Source: a virus
Taxonomy: Duplodnaviria > Caudoviricetes
DNA length: 64,000 nt
Virus record (IMG/VR): IMGVR_UViG_3300031555_004728
Span: 128,001-192,000 of that record
Strand: one strand, 5' to 3'
Shown here: piece after piece, positions 50,262 to 60,034 of the stretch
Position numbering within the stretch: position 1 is the first letter of the stretch
Layout of the letters: every line of letters begins with the position of its first letter
Translations under genes and position numbers: made by a program
The notes under the pieces: model-generated
Told to the model about the DNA's origin: nothing
The model's database searches: none
The model's input: the letters and a program-made list of their open reading frames with translations, nothing else

Positions 50262-52304
50262 ATGGGTAAAAAGAAAAGAAATTTCAAATATCTTAATAGA
50301 GAACTTAGTTGGATTAAATTTAATAATCGAGTTCTTGATGAAGCTAAAGATTCAAAACTTCCTATTAGTGAAAGGATTAAATTTCTAAGCATAGCATCAT
50401 CTAATTTCGATGAATTTTTTATGGTTCGAGTTGCATCTCTTAAGGATATGATTAATGTTGGATATAAAAAAAGAGATATATCTGGAATGACTTCATCTGA
50501 ACAAATAGTATCTATAAATAGATTAGTTCATTCTATAGTTACTAGTCAATATAATATTTATGAAAATTCTATAAGAAAAGAAATGGGATTAAATAAATAT
50601 AATTTTGTTAAATCAATAAAACAACTTTCAGATTCAGACATGAAATATATCTCAAAATATTTCAAGGATACAATATTTCCAGTATTAACACCTATTATTC
50701 TTAATAATAGTAGTACATTTCCATTAGTTAAAAATAAAGCAATCCATATAATCGTAAAGATTAAAAAGAAAAAATCTAAGAAAGAAGAATTTGCAATAGT
50801 TCAGATACCAACAAATTTACCTAGATTAGTTGTAATTCCAAATGATAAAGATAAGCCATCTGTTATTCTATTGGAAGAAGTTGTATCTGAATTTATCGGT
50901 AAGTTATTTAAATCTTATGATATATTGGAAATGTCTAAATTTAGAATTACTAGAAATGCAGGTCTTAATATTGATGAGGACGATGCTTCAGATTTATTAA
51001 ACAAGATTAAAAAGAAACTAGATGAAAGAGAATGGGGAGAAGTAATAAGACTTGAGATATTGAAAAATACAAATAAGTCTATATTTAAATTCTTAAAAAA
51101 TAAATTCAATGTCAATAAAAATAATATTTATGAAATAAATGGTCCATTAGATTTGACTTTCTTAATGGAAGTTTATGATTTAATAAAAGATATTGATGAC
51201 AAGAAACAAAAAGATTATATTCCAAAAGTTTATGATGAATTGGAATCTAATAACCTCTTTAATGTAATTTCTTCAAAAGATGTATTTTTACATCATCCAT
51301 ATGAATCATATAAACCTATAGTTGATTTCATAAAACAAGCAGCTGAAGACCCTGATGTATTAGCAATAAAACAAACTCTTTATAGAGTAAGTAGTAGTTC
51401 ACCAATTATCGAATCTTTAAGAAAGGCTGCTGAAAATGGTAAAGAAGTAACTGTACTTGTAGAACTTAAAGCCAGATTTGATGAAAATAATAATATTGAA
51501 TGGGCTAAAGTTTTAGAAAAAGCAGGCTGCCATGTAATTTATGGAATCCCAAATCTTAAGATTCATAGTAAAATATGTTTAGTTATAAGAAAAGAAAATG
51601 ATAAACTAAAATATTATACACATCTTGGTACAGGAAATTATAATGAAAAAACAGCAAAGATTTATACTGATATGTCATTATTCACATCAAATGAAGATAT
51701 TGGTAAAGATGCTATAACTTTATTTAATTTCTTAAGTGGTAATTCTAAACCAAGTAAATGGAATAAATTAATTGTAGCACCAGATAATCTAAAAGATGAA
51801 TTTATCAAACTTATTAATACAGAAGCAGAAGTAGCAAAAGAAGGAAAAAATGCACATATTATGGCAAAAATGAATTCACTTTGTGATAAAGATATCATTG
51901 ATGCATTATACAATGCAAGTAAATCAGGTGTTAAAATTGATTTAATTGTTAGAGGGATTTGTTCATTAAAACCTGGTGTTAAAGATTTAAGTGAAAACAT
52001 AAAGGTTAAATCTGTTGTAGGAAAATATCTAGAGCATTCAAGAATTTATTATTTCTGTAATTCTGGTCATCCAAAAGTATTCTGTAGTAGTGCAGATTGG
52101 ATGCCTCGAAATTTAGAACGTAGAGTAGAAATTTTATTTCCTATATTAGATATGAGGATTAAAGAACAGATAGTTGATATATTAGATTCTTTCTGGAAAT
52201 ATGATTATAAATCTTATAATATGAATTCAGATGGAAAATATATACGGGTTACAAATTCTACAAAAGAAAATAAGATTCATATTCAAAAATATCTCGAAGA
52301 ATAG
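50262..52304 (+). CDS. ppk1: Polyphosphate kinase 1
   Basis: NRELSW..FN.RVL, DEFFMVRVA, LHHPYES, TLYR, ELKARFDE, KIHSK, GTGNYN, LEHSR, SADWM.RN..RRVE. Confidence 0.97.
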   Translation: MGKKKRNFKYLNRELSWIKFNNRVLDEAKDSKLPISERIKFLSIASSNFDEFFMVRVASLKDMINVGYKKRDISGMTSSEQIVSINRLVHSIVTSQYNIYENSIRKEMGLNKYNFVKSIKQLSDSDMKYISKYFKDTIFPVLTPIILNNSSTFPLVKNKAIHIIVKIKKKKSKKEEFAIVQIPTNLPRLVVIPNDKDKPSVILLEEVVSEFIGKLFKSYDILEMSKFRITRNAGLNIDEDDASDLLNKIKKKLDEREWGEVIRLEILKNTNKSIFKFLKNKFNVNKNNIYEINGPLDLTFLMEVYDLIKDIDDKKQKDYIPKVYDELESNNLFNVISSKDVFLHHPYESYKPIVDFIKQAAEDPDVLAIKQTLYRVSSSSPIIESLRKAAENGKEVTVLVELKARFDENNNIEWAKVLEKAGCHVIYGIPNLKIHSKICLVIRKENDKLKYYTHLGTGNYNEKTAKIYTDMSLFTSNEDIGKDAITLFNFLSGNSKPSKWNKLIVAPDNLKDEFIKLINTEAEVAKEGKNAHIMAKMNSLCDKDIIDALYNASKSGVKIDLIVRGICSLKPGVKDLSENIKVKSVVGKYLEHSRIYYFCNSGHPKVFCSSADWMPRNLERRVEILFPILDMRIKEQIVDILDSFWKYDYKSYNMNSDGKYIRVTNSTKENKIHIQKYLEE

Positions 52305-52339
52305 AAATAAGAGAGTGTAAAAAACACTCTCTTATTTTT

Positions 52340-55300
52340 TTAATCTTCGTTATATAAAACAAGACAAATTTGGTCTTTATTAATACATAACATTTCTGGT
52401 ACATATGCAAATCTTTCTTCTTTACTAAGTTCATTAATATCTTTTGTGATATTTTTAATTGACTGGTAATCTGTACTATAACCCATAGTATCAGTTGTTT
52501 TGTATGAACCAGAGGCATCAATATCACCATTAATACCAATAAATTTAATATGATCTACATATGCAAAATTATTCTCAATAGTTCTCATAAGATTAGAAAT
52601 ATGAAGTTCATTAGAACCTGTTGTATTGAGATTTTCAATAGTTTCTTTAATAAATGATTTAATTTCATCTGTAACTTTGATTGCGTCTGTTCCAGCAACA
52701 AGATAAATATAGAACCCAATAGAAATATTTACTCTATCGATAATTTCATCACTATCTCCAATAATATAATTTTTACTCTTACCATATGTATTATACCATT
52801 TAAGATCAAGATATGTTGCTTGACAAATAATAGAATACAGCACAGTTTCAAGATTATTATATTGGTTTCTATACTGATTGATTAAATATGTAAACATTTC
52901 ATAATTAGTTTTTCCACACTCATTTTTTGTATATGCTCCATTAGAATCAAAATGTTGCATAAGTGAATACTTAATCATTGGTGATGAATATAAATAAATA
53001 TCACCATTTGCTACATTATAAAGTCTATCATCTCTAAAATACATTGAGCTTCTAATCATTGTAAGAGGTTTGATAAAATCTACTCTATCTGAGAATGTAG
53101 AATAGATATTTGTCCAATTATAATTAACAAGACTAAACATTGCTTGTTGTGATGGGTAGTTGTTTGTTGTATAAACATAATCATCATCAACTTCATACTC
53201 TTTATAAAGAACTACAAATTTAACTTCAACATCTGTCATAGGTATAAGTTTAGAAGTTTTATTTATGATATAAGTGAAATTACCACGAATACCAGAATTA
53301 TCAATAACCTCTTCTTCTGTATTAGATCCTTCTGTAATTGCTGAACGAAGTCTCATTACACTAGCAGTTTCAGTACCTGTATTTTCTGAAGAGTCGTCAA
53401 TATACTCTCTTTCATTAACCCATAACTTCAATTTTTCACTTTCATCCATTGTATATTCAGTAGATGTATAATCCATAAGATATGGATTATATCCAAGTTC
53501 TTCATTTGTATAGTCTTGAATTTGCATTTGATTTCCAAGTGTTACATGATCATTAGTTCTAAATTTACATTCAAATGTAACAACATCTAAATCTTTATCA
53601 TATGATGTTGGAACCATTTCCATATAACAAGAATCAACACCACCATCTTCAATAATCATCATTACTCTTACATAATTTTTTGAAAGATTTGTTCGTTTTC
53701 CAACATAATCATCATTTGAAATTCCTGGAATTAATAATTCAGGATTCCATTGCATTGATGACATTAATCTTAACTTTACAGAATATTCTTTATCCTTAGA
53801 TAAAGCTCTTTCAAAAGTAGCTTGATTGATGATAAATTGATTTGGTACATCAATATTATATTGAAGGAAATCCAAAAGTGATGTTTGATTAATTATAGTT
53901 AGGTAGTAATTTACAAGTCCTGGATGTTTTGTAATACTCATAAGGAATGGATTTGCATAAACAAACATATCCTTTGTAATACGACTTTCAATTTCTTCAA
54001 CATCAAATACTGTAAGAACCATATCTGCCATGTTATATCCAGTTTTAATACCTTCATTATGGCAGCAATAACATAATTCTTTTCCAGAATCTGGATCACT
54101 GAAAGTTCTGTGTGATTGGAAACCACAATGTGGACATGTATAAATTACATTTTCAACATAATATTCCAAAGTCTCATTTTCATTTTTTGATGAAATATAT
54201 AAAGATTCCCAGTCTTCTTCACTACTTGAATAGCTTGGGTTAACTGATGGATTAATACCATGTAACCACTTGAAGTAATCTTTCATTATATTTTGATATA
54301 CATTTTGACCTTGGAAATTTCTGAATAGTTTATCTTCTTTAAAACCTAATTTAAATAAAGGAACTACTCTATTATTATAACCATTTTCAGTTTCATATGT
54401 ATAAAGGTATCCTGGGTCTTGGGTATATGTATAACCACCATCAGGATTATTCCATGACTTGTAATTCATAGTAATATCTAATGTATTTGTAGGATATACA
54501 TAGTCCTCATTCTTACATACCATAAAACCTGTATACAAACGAGATGATAAGTCATCTCTTCTTTTAATAAATTTAATTCTGTTTTCATTCTTATCTTTAT
54601 AAGAATTAAAAAACTCTTCAAGATCTTCATCAGTACTTAATACATTTGCTGTTCTAAATTGTGTTGCGGTTAATCTTCGAAGGTCTTCTAAACTTATAGT
54701 ATCAGAACCACCTTCTGAACCTGATGTAACTAAAGCACCTAATATAAAGGTTTCATTATAATTATACTCTTCAGTATCTTTAATTATTGAAACTTCTTTT
54801 CCTGTATAAGTATCAAAGTTACCATCTTTACCTAAAGTTGTATAAGTAACTATTTTAATTTCAGAATTAAATTCTGGTTGAAAATATGAGTCATTTAAAC
54901 TAAATGATAATCTCAAAATATTCTCATCAATAATTTTATAGAAACAAAATGGATCTTTTTCTGGTAAAGAGTTTTCAACTCTAAGTAACAACTGAGTATA
55001 TTCAGTATCACCAGGTGCTTTATAAAAAGCATCAAACCCAGCTAAGATTCCATCGAATTTAACATCAATGATTGGATAATTTATAGTTGAATTATCTATA
55101 AGATTTTCTGTTGTTTCTTCTCTTACACATTGATGTCCTATAACTTCCATAGCAAAATATCCATCTACACTTCTCCTTATTTTTATATAAGGATTTGTGA
55201 TGTCTGATATAGAGTTATTGAATTCTGTAACTACATATTTAGCTGCATATACATATTCAGTAGCAGCAAGTTTTGTTTTCTTTCTAGTTATTTCGATATC

Positions 55301-55744
55301 ATAATCTAATACGAATGGTATTTCTTCTACATAAATAGTAGTATTTTTACTTAAGTAAATAACGTTTTGAGTAACTTGCGTAGCATACATATTTGCTTCA
55401 TCAAAAACTTTACTTAATTCTTTTTCATCTAAAACTAACAAAAATCTACATTTTGCCGCAGAACCAATTACATTACTTAATTGAAATAATGAAGCATATG
55501 CATAAATTGATTCTGGTAATGAAGCTTTTTGTATAAAAAATTCTTTCAATAACGTAGATGTTGCATAGAACGTATCTTCTGAAATAGTTGATAGCTGTTC
55601 TGTAGTAAATCCTATAAGACCAGAAGTTCTTGTGGAGATATCTTGGTCTGGGAAATACTTAGGTATGAGGACATCTGTTGTCAAGGTTTTAAAATCGAAA
55701 TTATCTCTATAATTTCTAGTTGTATTTACCAACTTTAGACTCAC
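52340..55744 (-). CDS. Baseplate wedge protein (gp6/baseplate-J-like) with an inserted Zn ribbon
   Basis: E-F-I-x-x-A...SI N-terminus, Y-T-T-x-G-x-x-G-N and GGSD..S..DLR..A....TDED motifs; CPHC...CYCC insert. Confidence 0.65.
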   Translation of the reverse strand: MSLKLVNTTRNYRDNFDFKTLTTDVLIPKYFPDQDISTRTSGLIGFTTEQLSTISEDTFYATSTLLKEFFIQKASLPESIYAYASLFQLSNVIGSAAKCRFLLVLDEKELSKVFDEANMYATQVTQNVIYLSKNTTIYVEEIPFVLDYDIEITRKKTKLAATEYVYAAKYVVTEFNNSISDITNPYIKIRRSVDGYFAMEVIGHQCVREETTENLIDNSTINYPIIDVKFDGILAGFDAFYKAPGDTEYTQLLLRVENSLPEKDPFCFYKIIDENILRLSFSLNDSYFQPEFNSEIKIVTYTTLGKDGNFDTYTGKEVSIIKDTEEYNYNETFILGALVTSGSEGGSDTISLEDLRRLTATQFRTANVLSTDEDLEEFFNSYKDKNENRIKFIKRRDDLSSRLYTGFMVCKNEDYVYPTNTLDITMNYKSWNNPDGGYTYTQDPGYLYTYETENGYNNRVVPLFKLGFKEDKLFRNFQGQNVYQNIMKDYFKWLHGINPSVNPSYSSSEEDWESLYISSKNENETLEYYVENVIYTCPHCGFQSHRTFSDPDSGKELCYCCHNEGIKTGYNMADMVLTVFDVEEIESRITKDMFVYANPFLMSITKHPGLVNYYLTIINQTSLLDFLQYNIDVPNQFIINQATFERALSKDKEYSVKLRLMSSMQWNPELLIPGISNDDYVGKRTNLSKNYVRVMMIIEDGGVDSCYMEMVPTSYDKDLDVVTFECKFRTNDHVTLGNQMQIQDYTNEELGYNPYLMDYTSTEYTMDESEKLKLWVNEREYIDDSSENTGTETASVMRLRSAITEGSNTEEEVIDNSGIRGNFTYIINKTSKLIPMTDVEVKFVVLYKEYEVDDDYVYTTNNYPSQQAMFSLVNYNWTNIYSTFSDRVDFIKPLTMIRSSMYFRDDRLYNVANGDIYLYSSPMIKYSLMQHFDSNGAYTKNECGKTNYEMFTYLINQYRNQYNNLETVLYSIICQATYLDLKWYNTYGKSKNYIIGDSDEIIDRVNISIGFYIYLVAGTDAIKVTDEIKSFIKETIENLNTTGSNELHISNLMRTIENNFAYVDHIKFIGINGDIDASGSYKTTDTMGYSTDYQSIKNITKDINELSKEERFAYVPEMLCINKDQICLVLYNED

Positions 55745-55755
55745 CTCAATTCTTT

Positions 55756-57306
55756 TTATTTTTCTCTAAATCTTAACTTGTAAACTGTACGTCCAAGTTT
55801 ATCAGGAACCATTTCAATGAATGGTGCCCCAACCCATGTATTACCAGTTGATAATATTTTAGGGTTATATGTTTCAAGGTAGTTTTTACTACCACTAGAA
55901 TTTAAATTAAATTCTGTTATAATTTCAGTATTCCAATCTTTTTTAAAAGAATACTGGTAGTTTATACTTATTTCTGGGTTTGTAATAAACTGTGACTTTG
56001 CAAATGTCATAATAGAATCTGGAATATTTGTTGGGAAAACTCCATAGAGTTTTGACCAATAAATAATATCCTCACCATTTTCTGCACAAACGATATAATA
56101 TGCAGAACATGCATAGTCAAGTACTTTATTTATAAGGTGATTATCTTTAGGTCTGAGTTCACCTTTATTTACAGCTGAAATATACTCTACCCAAAATTGG
56201 TGCATTCTAAATAGATGCAAATCTCTATCATCATTAAATGATATACTTAATTCTCCAGCAGCTAAAGAATCATCGATATGTCTACCATATGCAATACTAT
56301 TACCATGTAATGTCTTTCCATATGTATCATATTTAATAGATCGGTCTCTACATTCAAAACTTGTTACTCTATTTGAAGGTAACATCATGAATTGATGGTC
56401 CAATCCTACAGATTGTGACAACTGAAGTAATGTACTTGGGTTATTTTTAAACTCATATACATAATCAGGTATAGATTTTACTTGGTCTACTAATGTAAGA
56501 TTATTTGAACCTGTTGAATATATTACATTGCAATCAGGTCGTGTAAAGAACACATGTGCAAATGTTCTTGTTAACATATCATCTGGAGTAGCAACTTTAA
56601 ATCTGTTATAGTATTTGGCATATCTTTCATATAACTGAATACTACTTTCTTCATGTAAATTAATACTCTCCTTCAAATCATTAACTGCTTGTATGAAAGA
56701 ATTATCTGCATAATCGGTTTCATAATTATATTTATATTTATTAGTAGATGGATCGAATTCTGCAGCGGGAAATCCTTTGCTATTTTGAACTTTAGTCGGT
56801 GATTCTGATACTTCAGGATTAATCTGTTTAGGCTTAGTAACTCTACTTCCACTAAAATTAAAGCTGTTAATAGTAGAAAGTGCTAGTGATGGGTGTGATA
56901 CTTTATAAGTATTAACCTTCTTACCAGTTTCTATATTTTCAACAACTTTACCAGATGTCTTAATTTTAGAACCACTATTATCTTGAACTATGGATGTTGA
57001 TATTGTACTTTTATTTGTCTGTCTTGTAACAGCACTATTGTATACTGTATCACTATTCATAGCCATTAAAGATATACCTTCCATCTCTAAAAATGAATAT
57101 GAAACAGATGGGTGTTTAAGAATTACCCATCCAGATATATTACTATTTTTTACATTTACCCATTCGACATTATTTACAACACGATAATCTAATACTTCAA
57201 CTTTAGAACCAGTTGGTAGTGAACCAATGTAATTTTTATCTGAAGAATTTGATGTTGTATATACTTTTAATGATGAACGTCTTGTTTTAACTACAGCATA
57301 ATCCAA
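55756..57306 (-). CDS. Tail/baseplate structural protein with an N-terminal SH3b-like domain
   Basis: SLKVY..IGSLPTGSKVEVL..WVNV..SGWV; C-terminal KLYGVFPTNI is tube-like. Confidence 0.6.
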   Translation of the reverse strand: MDYAVVKTRRSSLKVYTTSNSSDKNYIGSLPTGSKVEVLDYRVVNNVEWVNVKNSNISGWVILKHPSVSYSFLEMEGISLMAMNSDTVYNSAVTRQTNKSTISTSIVQDNSGSKIKTSGKVVENIETGKKVNTYKVSHPSLALSTINSFNFSGSRVTKPKQINPEVSESPTKVQNSKGFPAAEFDPSTNKYKYNYETDYADNSFIQAVNDLKESINLHEESSIQLYERYAKYYNRFKVATPDDMLTRTFAHVFFTRPDCNVIYSTGSNNLTLVDQVKSIPDYVYEFKNNPSTLLQLSQSVGLDHQFMMLPSNRVTSFECRDRSIKYDTYGKTLHGNSIAYGRHIDDSLAAGELSISFNDDRDLHLFRMHQFWVEYISAVNKGELRPKDNHLINKVLDYACSAYYIVCAENGEDIIYWSKLYGVFPTNIPDSIMTFAKSQFITNPEISINYQYSFKKDWNTEIITEFNLNSSGSKNYLETYNPKILSTGNTWVGAPFIEMVPDKLGRTVYKLRFREK

Positions 57307-57504
57307 GGCTAATTCACCTTCTTTCTGTATCTTTCTGCCTTAAACTATTGTTTTCTGGGTTAATTTGCATAGGTAGAAACAAGTAATTAAGGGTGATGTG
57401 TACAAATGTTTATTGTCATCTATTTTATACTCAGTAGGAAATCTCACGTCCTACTGAGTATATTTTGTTAAAATAATATATTTTTGGATAGGTTGTGAGG
57501 ATAG

Positions 57505-57586
57505 GAACCAATTTTGTTAAGTTAACTTTCTCTATCTATTGGTAATTTACGAGAATTACAGAAAACTTACTTAACAAAACTGCAAC
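57505..57586 (+). repeat. 82-bp repeat R13
   Basis: Direct sequence comparison. Confidence 0.97.
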
Positions 57587-57910
57587 CACCAAATATATTA
57601 TACAAAACATGAGACTGAAAATGGTATTGAATGTTTTAGAGTTGGTAACATGGTTGAACTTTCATGTATAACAACATTTGATTTTCAGACTGATGGTACA
57701 ATACCAGATAATGTTGTTATACCATATGGATATAGACCATATTATAGGGGTATTCGTTTTCCAGTAATTCTTAGATCTGGTAGTGAGTATACATGTTGTA
57801 AAGGTTTTTTAACAATTGACGGTGTATTAACATTTGATAGTGTATCTTATAGTTGGAGAGAAGTACATTTTGTTTTAAGTTATATAACAAATGATGATTA
57901 TCCATCTTAA
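57578..57910 (+). CDS. Silent tail-fibre tip cassette C13 (110 aa)
   Basis: NCNHQIYY...FRVGNMVEL...IPYGYRP...LSYITNDDYPS*; the R-x-G-N-x-V and P-x-G-Y-R-P pattern is typical of fibre tips. Confidence 0.8.
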   Translation, partial: NCNHQIYYTKHETENGIECFRVGNMVELSCITTFDFQTDGTIPDNVVIPYGYRPYYRGIRFPVILRSGSEYTCCKGFLTIDGVLTFDSVSYSWREVHFVLSYITNDDYPS

Positions 57911-57924
57911 AAAATTAAGATGGG

Positions 57925-57942
57925 GAACCAATTTTGTTAAGT
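57925..57942 (+). repeat. Left half-site of the repeat (GAACCAATTTTGTTAAGT) upstream of the tail-fibre gene; an extra TTTTGTTAAGTAAAAT at about 57960-57975
   Basis: Exact match to the first 18 bp of R1-R15, with the same G-run lead. Confidence 0.9.
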
Positions 57943-58100
57943 AAAATAAACAAAAACTTTTTTGTTAAGTAAAATTTTTATTGTAAAAATATACCATAAA
58001 TAAAATAAAAAACATTCTTTTAATGTGAAATACTACGGAGTTCTATCCGTATTTTCCTTTATTATTTTCATGAAAATATTAAAACAAGGAGGATTTTGAT

Positions 58101-59528
58101 ATGAGTACAGTAAGACATCATATTGAAATGACCCACTTAGATTCGGGTGGAAATAAATATATACTTTATCCAAAGAATACCTTGGCTGACGTTCATACGA
58201 GCTCAACATCAGGTGTTACGATCGACGGAAAAGTTAATTTCTATGGAACTTGTACAACAGCTGCAGTTACAGCTGCTAAAACTGCTTCAATTAGCGGATT
58301 TACACTTGCACAAGGACAACATGTAACAATAGCTTTCACTAACGGAATTACAGTAGCAAGTCCTACTTTAAATATCAATAGTCTCGGTGCAAAAGCTATT
58401 TATCACAAAGGTGCAGCTTTAAAAGCAAATGTTATTAGAGCAGGTGCACGTGTTCAATTAGTTTATGACGGAACTAACTTTGAAGTATTAAACTTTGATG
58501 CACCATACGCACAAAGTAACAACACTACAAAGTTTTATTTGTTAGGTACACCTAACGCTGAAAATGGTGTTCCATCTGACCAATACTTCGATACAGGCGT
58601 ATATGTAAGTGCAACAGATGGTCAATTAGTTGCAAAATCATTCTCTGGTAATGGTTCTGCATTAACAAACTTGAATGCTGGAAATATTGCTTCTGGTACA
58701 GTAGCAGCAGATAGACTTCCAACTTCAGGTGCAACAGCTGGAACTTATGGTGAAAATGCTGGAGATAATACATCATTAGCTCATAGTGGTTCTCTTGTAG
58801 TTCCAAAAATTTCATTAGACAAATACGGTAGAATTACATCTGCTGAAAACATTGTTTATACAATGCCAGCAAATGAAAATACTGATGAAAAAGTAAAAGT
58901 AACTCAAAATGCTACTACAAAAGCATATGTAACAGGTACAACAACTGCAAATGGAAATGCTGGTGGATTATTATATGATCCAAATGTATATCTTGATACA
59001 ACATCTGGTAGATTCCATGCAGCAACAATGAACTCAAATACTTACTACCTCGGAGATACTTCTAACTACATTGACAGTTCAAATTATACTGGAACTGCAG
59101 CAAATGTCGGAACACTTTCTGAGTGGTTGGTAGATAGTTGTGCTTCAGATAGTGCTAACGGAGTCACCAATCAGGCACTTACAGCTAATCAGGGATATTT
59201 GTTACAAAATCAGATTGATGAGCTAAACTGCAACCTGAATGAATTTGGAACACCTATTACAACAATTTATACTGATACTGTAGAAAAATCTGTAGAGATA
59301 CCACCTAATGCTAGATTTTTAAAAGTTAGTTTTTGGAATGGTTATGATAAATATTATGGGGCAGATATGTTTCATGCAAGAGGATTAAAAACTAGTGGAT
59401 CGGTGAATATTATACTTAGAGTTAGGTATGATAATTACATAGCACAAATAACAATAACACCAAATTCAAATATACTTAAATTTAAAATGGAATCAGGTTC
59501 AATTAATGTAATGCTTCATTTTATATAA
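58101..59528 (+). CDS. Tail fibre protein: constant region aa 1-375, then the NCN junction and a 100-aa tip
   Basis: PTLNINSLGAKAI, LVYDGTNF, FSGNGSALTNLNA, DKYGRITS, ALTANQGYLLQNQIDEL fibre motifs; GGAGG SD; AACA-N6-TA at 58011. Confidence 0.9.
   Translation: MSTVRHHIEMTHLDSGGNKYILYPKNTLADVHTSSTSGVTIDGKVNFYGTCTTAAVTAAKTASISGFTLAQGQHVTIAFTNGITVASPTLNINSLGAKAIYHKGAALKANVIRAGARVQLVYDGTNFEVLNFDAPYAQSNNTTKFYLLGTPNAENGVPSDQYFDTGVYVSATDGQLVAKSFSGNGSALTNLNAGNIASGTVAADRLPTSGATAGTYGENAGDNTSLAHSGSLVVPKISLDKYGRITSAENIVYTMPANENTDEKVKVTQNATTKAYVTGTTTANGNAGGLLYDPNVYLDTTSGRFHAATMNSNTYYLGDTSNYIDSSNYTGTAANVGTLSEWLVDSCASDSANGVTNQALTANQGYLLQNQIDELNCNLNEFGTPITTIYTDTVEKSVEIPPNARFLKVSFWNGYDKYYGADMFHARGLKTSGSVNIILRVRYDNYIAQITITPNSNILKFKMESGSINVMLHFI
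59225..59235 (+). other. Core junction AAACTGCAACC inside the tail-fibre gene
   Basis: Same sequence and frame (N-C-N, codons 376-378) as the 3' end of the repeats. Confidence 0.85.
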
Positions 59529-59565
59529 ATATTATATATAAAATACTATTAAGAAGGTGAGGGGA

Positions 59566-59647
59566 GAACCAATTTTGTTAAGTTAAATTTCTCTATCTAT
59601 CGATAATTTCCTTTGATTACAGAAAACTTACTTAACAAAACTGCAAC
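59566..59647 (+). repeat. 82-bp repeat R14
   Basis: Direct sequence comparison. Confidence 0.97.
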
Positions 59648-59998
59648 CAACAAGAATTGGTAGCATCATTAACTCCACATGAATCATATGGAGCACATAT
59701 GAATCCTACATATGATGCACAACATTCACTTTTTACATTAGGTAGATTTAAAATTGTATCCGGAACTGTAGAAAGTAAGCATTTTCCATATAATAGTAAT
59801 TCTGGTGCGTATGAATATACTTCATATTTTTCATACCCATTTAATGTGATACCTAGAGTTTTGGTTACTGCAGAATATCCTGCAGGATTACCAGAAGTTT
59901 GTGTAGCTTCAGTAACTACTACATATGTAAAACTTTCATGTAGTTCACAATTAAATAGTTTATGGGTAAATTGGTTTGCATTTTCATTTGATGAATAA
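59639..59998 (+). CDS. Silent tail-fibre tip cassette C14 (119 aa; H-type lectin-like)
   Basis: NCNQQELVASL...FSYPFNVIPRVLVT...VNWFAF. Confidence 0.75.
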   Translation, partial: NCNQQELVASLTPHESYGAHMNPTYDAQHSLFTLGRFKIVSGTVESKHFPYNSNSGAYEYTSYFSYPFNVIPRVLVTAEYPAGLPEVCVASVTTTYVKLSCSSQLNSLWVNWFAFSFDE

Positions 59999-60034
59999 AA
60001 AAAAGAAGAGGGTTTTTAATCCTCTTCTTTTTTC

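Noticed and set aside
57578-59998. Diversity-generating retroelement acting on the tail fibre
   Set aside because: No RT in the window and no TR/VR pair differing only at adenines. The cassettes are divergent along their whole length.
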